Virus record (IMG/VR): IMGVR_UViG_3300029288_000163
Location: 6,787-70,786 of that record
Reading direction: 5' to 3' (one strand)
DNA length: 64,000 nt
Origin: a virus
Taxonomy: Duplodnaviria; Caudoviricetes
Shown: positions 43,026 through 50,769 of the stretch, one piece after another
Numbering within the stretch: position 1 is the stretch's first letter
Layout of the letters: every line of letters begins with the position of its first letter
Translations under genes and position numbers: made by a program
The notes under the pieces: model-generated
Databases searched by the model: none
Told to the model about the DNA's origin: nothing
Seen by the model: the letters and a program-made list of their open reading frames with translations, nothing else

Positions 43026-44339
43026 CTACCACGCACGCTTACCAGGAGGGGGACCCTTCGGAGGTGTGCGACCACCAGCAGTAACTTGTGGTACCATTGG
43101 GATGGGCGAAGCAGGTACCGGAGCCGCAGGAGCAGCAGCCGGAACAGGAGACGGTGCTGAAGGCGCTGGCATGGGCGTAGGAGCCGCCGCAGCCGCAGCG
43201 GGCATTGGAGGGGCCGTTGGTGCCGTTGCAGCGACTGGTGGGGCAACTGGAGCCGCAGGAGGGGCAGGAGGAGCAGGAGGAGCAGGGGGAGCCGCAGCAA
43301 CCGGAGGACGTGCTACCGGGGCAGTCACAGGGGTAGTCACCGGGGTACTTGCTTGTGCCGCAGCCTGACCCAGATAATACCTTTGTTCATCATAAGTAAT
43401 CAAGTTCAGGAACTCACTCGGATCAACCATTGCATCCACATTCTGCACATATGCTAGCCAAGACGGATCAAGCACTACCCGCCCAGGAGCAGCAACTACA
43501 TCGTACTGCGTTAGCATCATCTGGCCCTGTGAGCACCTTTCCGTGTCCTTAACAATGTAAAGAACCTGAACCCCTGCCGGATTCTCCATGTTATAGAATT
43601 CCTGACCATCCGGCGACATTTCGCACAACGTTGCCAGCTTGTCAAACACCTTCCCAGGCGCGAGCCACATCTGATGCTCAATCGTTTCCTGGCCCTCACG
43701 CAGCGGCTTGACACCCGCGATTTGATCATAGTCCATAATTGGTAGAACGTACTTATCTGATGCCTGAAGCTTCCTGGCCTTCTCCCGTGCATTCTTCAGT
43801 ACGGAATCCTTATTCACAAGATCATTATAACCGTCCTTGCTCAGATTCTTACGGGTTTCCTTCGTATGTCCAAGTTCCTCAAGCCTAGCATTGAACTTAT
43901 TCCACCAAGCCTGTTCCTCTTCACAAAATGCACAACGAATTGGTTGGTTAAATAGAGGCTCAAACCCAAGCACTTCGGTCAGGTACTTGTTGAAATGAAT
44001 TGGACAAACCGTATTAGCAAAGCCAACTGATCCATCGGGTCGGGAATAATTGCTAACACTGTGAACCGGAACCTTGAAATAGAATGAGCAAAGATCAGCC
44101 GGAACACTTGCCGTAGCATTGCCAGTAGCCGCCATATTGAACTTGGCTACATCATTGACCGTTGGGTTGAAAATCTTCCACCTTGACGGATAGAACGTAG
44201 GAATTAGCACACCATTATTGTGCTTCTGCTTTGCTGCATCTGGTAGTGGTGAAAAGAGCTTACTAACGCCCTTTGATGGTGTAGGATTTGTCTGATTAGC
44301 TGCCTTCTCTGCTGCGATTGGCATGTTCATCTTTCCCAT
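43026..44339 (-). CDS. Putative single-stranded DNA-binding protein (gp32-like) with Pro/Ala tail
   Basis: H ... CP ... CAFC Zn ligands; TQYDV; position next to recA; inference only. Confidence 0.5.
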   Translation of the reverse strand: MGKMNMPIAAEKAANQTNPTPSKGVSKLFSPLPDAAKQKHNNGVLIPTFYPSRWKIFNPTVNDVAKFNMAATGNATASVPADLCSFYFKVPVHSVSNYSRPDGSVGFANTVCPIHFNKYLTEVLGFEPLFNQPIRCAFCEEEQAWWNKFNARLEELGHTKETRKNLSKDGYNDLVNKDSVLKNAREKARKLQASDKYVLPIMDYDQIAGVKPLREGQETIEHQMWLAPGKVFDKLATLCEMSPDGQEFYNMENPAGVQVLYIVKDTERCSQGQMMLTQYDVVAAPGRVVLDPSWLAYVQNVDAMVDPSEFLNLITYDEQRYYLGQAAAQASTPVTTPVTAPVARPPVAAAPPAPPAPPAPPAAPVAPPVAATAPTAPPMPAAAAAAPTPMPAPSAPSPVPAAAPAAPVPASPIPMVPQVTAGGRTPPKGPPPGKRAW

Positions 44340-44354
44340 TTTTCAAACCTCTTT

Positions 44355-45017
44355 CTAGCTACTTTTCGAGTAGCGCATCAAATCTCGCTCATTTCTAGGA
44401 GCGGTTAACCCAGTATTACCCGGTTTTTGCTGTATTAGACCAATTACTTCCTTGATGTGGAAACTCTTAGCATTCAATCTCTCAGCTACTATACGAACAA
44501 TTTCGTAATTCTCAGATAACTTACTCTCTGTATTTACGACATCTTCGTAATACCATGCTGGATCTTGGTTAATGTATCGGAACATGGAATTCTTGTATTC
44601 TTCCAAGGATTCGCTGCAACTTGCTCGCTTATTGGCGATAAGGTAGCCAGCATTAGCAAACTGTTCCCTTTGGCTGTCGGTTGTTTCTTTACCATACATA
44701 TTGATAACTGTATCGGTAATAGAATCAATCGTCGCTTTTGTTTCGCCGTAAGAAATGAGCACATCTTTAGCGAATTTCTTATTCCATGCCCACCAACGGC
44801 TTTTCCAATCCTCTTTGAAATTATCCAGCTTTGTCTTTAGCCTTAATGCAAAAGCTTCCCAGTAGGCTTGGACGCTGGCATGAGTGTGCAATAAGTCGTC
44901 AATTTCCTCATCATCGAACCTTAGCATAGCTTCGATGTCAGTTTCCGTCATAGTTTCATCAAGTGCGAAACTTAACCCAGTTTCCTTTGATGAGGATAAT
45001 GTAAATTTACTTGTCAA
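44355..45017 (-). CDS. Helical protein, possible UvsY-like recombination mediator
   Basis: Helical composition and gene context. Confidence 0.35.
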   Translation of the reverse strand: MTSKFTLSSSKETGLSFALDETMTETDIEAMLRFDDEEIDDLLHTHASVQAYWEAFALRLKTKLDNFKEDWKSRWWAWNKKFAKDVLISYGETKATIDSITDTVINMYGKETTDSQREQFANAGYLIANKRASCSESLEEYKNSMFRYINQDPAWYYEDVVNTESKLSENYEIVRIVAERLNAKSFHIKEVIGLIQQKPGNTGLTAPRNERDLMRYSKSS

Positions 45018-45544
45018 GAGTGTTCATCCTCATTCTCATCATAAATTCCCGATGTCCAATCAACACCAAGCTTACGAATCAGATCCGTAAAGTCCTCAAG
45101 GTCATGCTTACGAATACCTGAATTTCCCTCTTTTATGTGCATCATCTCATGAAGCAATACATACTTCTCTTGCTTTTCACGTAGCCCAGTTTCGCCAGCA
45201 TCAAATCGCTCAAGTGGCGCATTGTTCAAAGCAATGATGTAAGATATGTCCAGCAGATCATCAAGGAATTGCGTATGTTCAGCAGTTTCGTCAAAATCTT
45301 CAACGATAATTTGATTCTTCTTTAGCGCCATATAGGCATACCACGTTAGCATGTTCTTTGGTGGTGCAATGTACCAACACTTGCCAAGCCACTTTGCGTT
45401 GGGATCAGAGACTCTTACAAAAGCGACTTTGGTAAGGTCTACATGACCAACTTCATTTTGGAATTCAACAATAAGATCCCTTGCGACTGTCCTTAGCCCT
45501 TCATCCAGAATCCACTCACTGCCGTTTTTACTTTCGATAATCAT
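45014..45544 (-). CDS. Putative phage metallopeptidase
   Basis: LGKC; HEMMH ... HDLEDF. Confidence 0.7.
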   Translation of the reverse strand: MIIESKNGSEWILDEGLRTVARDLIVEFQNEVGHVDLTKVAFVRVSDPNAKWLGKCWYIAPPKNMLTWYAYMALKKNQIIVEDFDETAEHTQFLDDLLDISYIIALNNAPLERFDAGETGLREKQEKYVLLHEMMHIKEGNSGIRKHDLEDFTDLIRKLGVDWTSGIYDENEDEHS

Positions 45545-45849
45545 CTGTCTGTTCTCCTTGCACTGCGCTTCGCTGTGCCGCCACCACCATAAAGCTTTTT
45601 CCCAATACTTGTACTCTTTTGTCCACTACGCTTTGCACCAGCTATTAGCCAATCTTGCCACTTTCCTTCATAATCCGTATCAGCAAACCCTTTACCTTCA
45701 AGAACTAGCCCACAAGTTCTGCACCTTAAACGAAAATACGAACAAAATTTCTCTGTTGGCCATACTGAACACTGCATTGCCAAAAAAGCTGTCTTATCCC
45801 GATTAGCGCATCGGGGACATCGCAAATCAGTTGTCCAAGGAGCAGGCAC
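45541..45849 (-). CDS. Zinc-ribbon hypothetical protein
   Basis: CPRC ... CRTC. Confidence 0.5.
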   Translation of the reverse strand: MPAPWTTDLRCPRCANRDKTAFLAMQCSVWPTEKFCSYFRLRCRTCGLVLEGKGFADTDYEGKWQDWLIAGAKRSGQKSTSIGKKLYGGGGTAKRSARRTDR

Positions 45850-45854
45850 AATGC

Positions 45855-46100
45855 TTAAACTACAGCTTTCTGCGTATGCTCAATATAACAATTACAAATA
45901 CTAGTAGGCCGATCTATCATCACCGTCCCATCTTTTACATGAATCTTGTACATAATAGACCTTCCACGCAAAAGACGCAGACTAAGCCCGAATCTTGTAC
46001 TCCAGAACCAAGAACGAATTCTCTGGGACAGGGTTAATTCCCGCCTTAGCCGTTGCCTAAGTTCCTGCTCAGTCACATCTTTCAAAGCTGCATTCTTCAT
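45855..46100 (-). CDS. Hypothetical protein
   Basis: ORF. Confidence 0.45.
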   Translation of the reverse strand: MKNAALKDVTEQELRQRLRRELTLSQRIRSWFWSTRFGLSLRLLRGRSIMYKIHVKDGTVMIDRPTSICNCYIEHTQKAVV

Positions 46101-46315
46101 TATTCTGCCTTTTCCTTAATTTCATAGCCGTCCGGAATGTAATTCATCGCCACAACTGCTTCACGCACAACATCATTGAAATTTCCTTCAACAATGAAAG
46201 AACTACCACAAGAATTTACCCAGATTTCATCCTTCAATTGACGAACAATTATGTTTTCCGGGTTGAGTGCCAAAGATTCCCCGGTTTCTTTGAGTATAAA
46301 AATTGCTAGGCGCAT
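46100..46315 (-). CDS. Hypothetical protein
   Basis: ORF. Confidence 0.5.
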   Translation of the reverse strand: MRLAIFILKETGESLALNPENIIVRQLKDEIWVNSCGSSFIVEGNFNDVVREAVVAMNYIPDGYEIKEKAE

Positions 46316-46641
46316 TCCTTAACCTTCTTTGCAAACTTAGCCAATGATTTCTCACCTTCATCAAACTGCTTTACCCAATTTGAATAAACATCTGCGCCGT
46401 AAGCATTACAAAGTTCATCACAAAGAATATCACCTAGCTCGTCCCAGCCAATACTTTCGTCAGCAAGACTATGCTTTCGATATGCCATTTCGATAGCTCG
46501 CAAAACCCTGTCTTTCGGTGTAACCACTGTACAAATCAGGGAATGTTCCTTCCACCCTTTTGGATCTTCTGGAAACCCCTTGTGGCATTTCCCGCATACC
46601 CAAACCCGGTCTTCGTCTTCATCTCTGCAACCACAGCCCAT
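46306..46641 (-). CDS. Hypothetical zinc-finger protein
   Basis: CGKC ... H...C. Confidence 0.5.
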   Translation of the reverse strand: MGCGCRDEDEDRVWVCGKCHKGFPEDPKGWKEHSLICTVVTPKDRVLRAIEMAYRKHSLADESIGWDELGDILCDELCNAYGADVYSNWVKQFDEGEKSLAKFAKKVKECA

Positions 46642-46859
46642 TAGCCCACCTTCCTACACCAACTAGGAACACTGTGTCCTACATGAAAACCAAAACAATA
46701 CGGACACGAATATGTCTCAAGCTCTTCGTTATATGAAGTCTTCATTATTAGCACTTTTTGATCAGCCTCTTCCTTCGTTGCATACCTTATCTTACGAGCA
46801 CAGGAGTTATGTTTAGTAGACGCTCTGTTTTGTCTTGTCGGAACATAAACCTGAATCAT
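46641..46859 (-). CDS. Small zinc-finger phage protein
   Basis: C..K.RY ... YSCPYCFGFHVGH. Confidence 0.6.
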   Translation of the reverse strand: MIQVYVPTRQNRASTKHNSCARKIRYATKEEADQKVLIMKTSYNEELETYSCPYCFGFHVGHSVPSWCRKVG

Positions 46860-46871
46860 TGCCTTTCTCCA

Positions 46872-47753
46872 TCAGTTAAAAGTTCCCTCTGTCAAAAGCT
46901 GCTTGAACAACTTCATCGTTCGCTTACCAATTTCTTTCCGTGCTGCTTTACTCTCAATAATCTCGCCGGAAGCCTCACGCGAAACATCCTCAAGCATTGC
47001 CTTGATAATCTTCGTGGCATCTTCCATTTTAGGCTCTGGGAAACCGTCAAGAACATGCTGAAGACGCATAACCGTTACCCACTCTTCACTAATCGCCTTT
47101 GCATCTTCCAAAGCCTTGATTTCATCGGGATCAGAAAACTTTGGCGTATGTTCGCGCTCTGCAAACTCTGGGCGCTTATGCTTGCAAATGATTCTACCTT
47201 CCCCGTTAATCGTCACTTCGATTGGGGGGTGTAGGACCACGCCTTCCCGCATATGACCCGCCCCAAGGCCATTCCTGACCGCCTGAACGCTATCTGCCAT
47301 GATAGCCGCGTTGATTGCCTCTTCCGTTGTGTCAATCAATTCATAATGTACGAACTCAAAACCAAGACTAGTTGCCAATCTATCGGCTTGTGGAACACTC
47401 AGCCATTGATCCTCATTAAGCAAGACTTCGAAAGCAACGAACTTCAACTCTTTTCCATAGGTAGCCGACATACCCTGAAGCTTTCCACCATAAGCTTCAC
47501 CGTAGATAGTGATAGACTTTGTGGTAGGGTGCTCAAGGAAGTTTTGCTCGAATGTTGCCTTCAGCTTTTCCTGATCAAACAAAGAAACAAATTGCTCATG
47601 CTTTGAACCACCAGAAAAAAACTTGAGTTCCTTCGTTTCAGCATTGTATCGTACATGGGCAGAAGTACCGTGAATCTTCTCAAGTGCCCAACATTGCTTG
47701 AAAATTAGGATTACCTTATTGCGATAAAGGTTCTCTATATGTCGGTAGCCGAT
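46872..47753 (-). CDS. Rnl2-family RNA ligase with apparent ATC start codon
   Basis: Motif I EKIHGT lies upstream of the track's TTG start; YGE, FEV, EGVV and KHK motifs. Confidence 0.85.
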   Translation of the reverse strand: MGYRHIENLYRNKVILIFKQCWALEKIHGTSAHVRYNAETKELKFFSGGSKHEQFVSLFDQEKLKATFEQNFLEHPTTKSITIYGEAYGGKLQGMSATYGKELKFVAFEVLLNEDQWLSVPQADRLATSLGFEFVHYELIDTTEEAINAAIMADSVQAVRNGLGAGHMREGVVLHPPIEVTINGEGRIICKHKRPEFAEREHTPKFSDPDEIKALEDAKAISEEWVTVMRLQHVLDGFPEPKMEDATKIIKAMLEDVSREASGEIIESKAARKEIGKRTMKLFKQLLTEGTFN

Positions 47754-47796
47754 GTTACACCTTCCTTTCTAATTCAGTCTCGCCTTCGTCTCTACC

Positions 47797-47824
47797 AGCA
47801 TAAGCACTAAATCTTGGTTGTCAA
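47797..47824 (-). promoter_or_regulatory. sigma70-like promoter
   Basis: TTGACA-16nt-TATGCT. Confidence 0.65.
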
Positions 47825-47986
47825 GCCCTTGCCACAATATGGGCAAAAACTTCGCAAATTTACCTTTTCCTCAAGCTCTGCAATGTAGAAAAGCATATCT
47901 TGAACCGTTCTTGCGTTTACTAGTGACAAAGCTGAATCAACATCTTCAACAAGTCGCATAGTTCGCTCCATTAGTCTTGCGTCCAT
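47807..47986 (-). CDS. Small protein (59 aa) with CPYCG
   Basis: GGAG RBS; fills an intergenic gap. Confidence 0.55.
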   Translation of the reverse strand: MDARLMERTMRLVEDVDSALSLVNARTVQDMLFYIAELEEKVNLRSFCPYCGKGLTTKI

Positions 47987-47987
47987 G

Positions 47988-48278
47988 TTAACTCTCCAAT
48001 TTCTTTATGGCCTCATCAAGCATTTTATTGGCTTCTTCGTTCTCACAATCCACCGCAATACTGGCTAACGCAACAGCCATATCGGAAACACATCTACTAT
48101 CAGGCGGTTCGTACCTCATAAGCATATCTACGGCAACTTCCAGCACTTTTTTAACCCTTTTGTTAGCCTTCTCAAGTTCCTCCACCTTGCGCTCTGCTTC
48201 GCTGGCGCGGCGCAGAGCTTCACCAAGTGCGCCACAATGTGCCCAAAGGTTGTCTTTGCAGGGGTAATTTTTGGACAT
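47988..48278 (-). CDS. Hypothetical protein
   Basis: ORF. Confidence 0.55.
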   Translation of the reverse strand: MSKNYPCKDNLWAHCGALGEALRRASEAERKVEELEKANKRVKKVLEVAVDMLMRYEPPDSRCVSDMAVALASIAVDCENEEANKMLDEAIKKLES

Positions 48279-48544
48279 TAGATAACCCTCTCTGGCTTGT
48301 TCGTCTGGTACTCAACCCAAATTCCACGTTCAGGTACAATATCGTTCATTGAAGTACCCCAGCAGTCAGACCACATCATCCGGAATTCGTACAAAGAGAT
48401 AGAATAGTTATCGAAAGAAGCTAGAAGCTCAATTGCGTCTTTCTGGTTGTACGCACAGACATTTGCTGTACACTGCTTGAATTTTCCAGCAACAGTAGTA
48501 GCAATAAGACCGTTCCAAACCTTTAGTGAACGTTTACGAGACAT
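48278..48544 (-). CDS. Hypothetical protein
   Basis: ORF; TAATG coupling. Confidence 0.55.
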   Translation of the reverse strand: MSRKRSLKVWNGLIATTVAGKFKQCTANVCAYNQKDAIELLASFDNYSISLYEFRMMWSDCWGTSMNDIVPERGIWVEYQTNKPERVI

Positions 48545-48750
48545 TACTTTACCTTCTTCATCTGCTTTTTGTCAAATTGGCCAATCGTTGTCTCTACGTA
48601 CCAAGAAATTAGGCCAACGTTAAGGCAAGACTGTACTTTACACATTGCCTCTTCTTTGGTGAGAAATACCCCAGGATGAACCAAGCCAACACGGGCCATT
48701 CCGGAATCCCCGTTAGCGTCAAACGCCAGAACTACGTAAACCTTGTCCAT
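48544..48750 (-). CDS. Hypothetical protein (start MDKVY)
   Basis: AGGAGG RBS; upstream TTGACA-16nt-TACTAT (48768-48795). Confidence 0.55.
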   Translation of the reverse strand: MDKVYVVLAFDANGDSGMARVGLVHPGVFLTKEEAMCKVQSCLNVGLISWYVETTIGQFDKKQMKKVK

Positions 48751-48814
48751 ACTCGCCTCCTGACCATATAGTAAGGATGAATTTGGGAATGTCAAGGGGG
48801 GATTTTGAAATTCT

Positions 48815-49672
48815 TTAGGGCTTAACGTACATGAGGTCAATACCATAGAATTCTTTGATGGCGTCTTTGATCCTTGTGACCCTGGGTGATTTATTACCAC
48901 TGCCCCAACCCCAATTGCCAAAGGAGCTACGGTTGACTAATCGCCAAGCCACGTCGAAAAGTGAAGTCCCATTGGCATCCGATTCTTTGCGGGCATTGAT
49001 GAAGAGTTTGTAGGCTGCTCCGGGATTATTTTGCCAGAGGTTCCAGAATAATGCAGGAGATAGCGTGGTCCAGTCGTCATTGAGGAGATTACGAATTGTT
49101 TTGTATTCACCTAATGGGGGACGGACTGGATCTAGAGCATGAATTAACTCATTTTTACCGAACTGCTCCTGTGCTCGTTGAACACGGGGATCTTGGCCGA
49201 TTGTTCCGAAAAGGATCGCCAGTTGAAGGGCTGAGTCTTTGCTAGACATGCAAATATCGACTATTCGCTTTTTCTGGCTGGGGAAAGCAGGATTTAGTAT
49301 CTGTTTCTTGGCAATGTCGTAAAACTTGCCTGAAGAGATTGAAAAATTGAACTTAGAGAATTTGTCTTGTAGTTTTAAATCGTCCCAAAGCGTTGTGCAA
49401 ATTTCATCGGACTCGACTAGAATTGTTTTGAAGGATTCTAGAAGACGTTGCAAGCGGCCAGAAGTAAACGTGTGCCGGAGAAACCCCCAGGTACAACCCG
49501 TTCCGTCGAACATTGCCACAGAGTTGTAGGAACCCTCGCTTCTGGCAATAACACCCATAATCTTTGTCCACTCGCCCCACGGAGCAGGGGGGTTAAATTT
49601 TGCGGAGCCAAGCACACGCGGCCCTTCCATATCCTTGAAGTGTACCCAATCAACCTTTATTGGATTTGTCAT
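48815..49672 (-). CDS. Putative lysozyme-fold peptidoglycan hydrolase
   Basis: SEGSYNSV..FD....WGF resembles lysozyme-like endolysins; inference. Confidence 0.4.
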   Translation of the reverse strand: MTNPIKVDWVHFKDMEGPRVLGSAKFNPPAPWGEWTKIMGVIARSEGSYNSVAMFDGTGCTWGFLRHTFTSGRLQRLLESFKTILVESDEICTTLWDDLKLQDKFSKFNFSISSGKFYDIAKKQILNPAFPSQKKRIVDICMSSKDSALQLAILFGTIGQDPRVQRAQEQFGKNELIHALDPVRPPLGEYKTIRNLLNDDWTTLSPALFWNLWQNNPGAAYKLFINARKESDANGTSLFDVAWRLVNRSSFGNWGWGSGNKSPRVTRIKDAIKEFYGIDLMYVKP

Positions 49673-50705
49673 ATTCTTCCTTCCATTTCAGATACTTTGC
49701 CATTAACGTTTCGAGAGTTACACCGGGAGGCGCATCATAATGCCAGTCCCTATGTTTAGCCTTATGCTCCTTAACCCACATTGGTTGCATATTACTTACG
49801 TTGAAAGACTTCTTTTGATTTTCAGGAATCTTCTGATCAAACGAAACAAGGGGAATTACATGATCAATTTCCCACCCCTTTGTGGAATTATTATTCCAAC
49901 TCATTTCCTCTCCAGTTTCTGGGTTTGGATAAAATTGGGACTCTATATATGCGCGAGCAACACTAATAGAACATCCTACCAATTCCATAGTAGAAGCTGA
50001 TTTCCAGCCTTTTTTTATAGCAGACCTTACCCGCGCCCGACACCGCACCAATAGCCTATACTCAGGGTCTGTCAGCATTCTCATTCTTCTGTTTTCCCTA
50101 TTATATGTATTAAGTTTCTCCCTACCTTCCGGAGTAGCCCTATATGCTCGCCGTGTTTCCAAGGCCTCTTTCTTATGCGCCTCTCGATAAGCTTTTCTGT
50201 ACTCAGCCTGCTCTTCTTTATGCTTCTCATAGGATTTTTTACAAGTCTCTTTCCTTATCTCCTTGTTGTTGTGTGCATACTCTAATAGTCTTGCATTCTC
50301 TTTATCTCTCCACGCCCTATCTTGCCTATCTCTAAAGACTTTTGTTGCCTTTGCCGTACATTCTATGCACCACACAGACAAACCATCGACAACAAACTTA
50401 TCCACATAAAAAAGAGGGGAACCTTTTTCTTTTTTACAGCGAGTACAATATTTAGAAGCGACCGGAACCCGGCTACCCGAATCAAATTCCGCTTTAAGTT
50501 GTTTTCTCCTGTTTTTTGCCCAAACTTTATGCTGTTCTTCATATTGTAAACGAACTATTCTATTTTTCGCGTTAAAACACTCTTTGCACTCATTCAAATG
50601 CCCATCTTTTGCCCCAGTCCTCTTTGGAAACAAATCAAGGAGTTTTACTTCTTTGCAAGTCCTACAGGGTTTCGATACTGGTATTTGTTCATCTATCATA
50701 GTCAT
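49650..50705 (-). CDS. HNH-type homing endonuclease-like protein with tandem CxxC modules
   Basis: CRTC/CKEC/CTRC/CIEC; WEIDHVIPL ... NMQPMW; follows polA. Confidence 0.8.
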   Translation of the reverse strand: MTMIDEQIPVSKPCRTCKEVKLLDLFPKRTGAKDGHLNECKECFNAKNRIVRLQYEEQHKVWAKNRRKQLKAEFDSGSRVPVASKYCTRCKKEKGSPLFYVDKFVVDGLSVWCIECTAKATKVFRDRQDRAWRDKENARLLEYAHNNKEIRKETCKKSYEKHKEEQAEYRKAYREAHKKEALETRRAYRATPEGREKLNTYNRENRRMRMLTDPEYRLLVRCRARVRSAIKKGWKSASTMELVGCSISVARAYIESQFYPNPETGEEMSWNNNSTKGWEIDHVIPLVSFDQKIPENQKKSFNVSNMQPMWVKEHKAKHRDWHYDAPPGVTLETLMAKYLKWKEEYDKSNKG

Positions 50706-50769
50706 ATAATATAACATACGATAGGTAGGAGAAATAAAGAACAGACACTTAAATTTTATTGGAAAATAT

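Noticed and set aside
43066-43368. GC-rich repeats here and at 20200-20850 as DNA repeat elements
   Set aside because: They are explained by Pro/Ala codons in low-complexity protein linkers.
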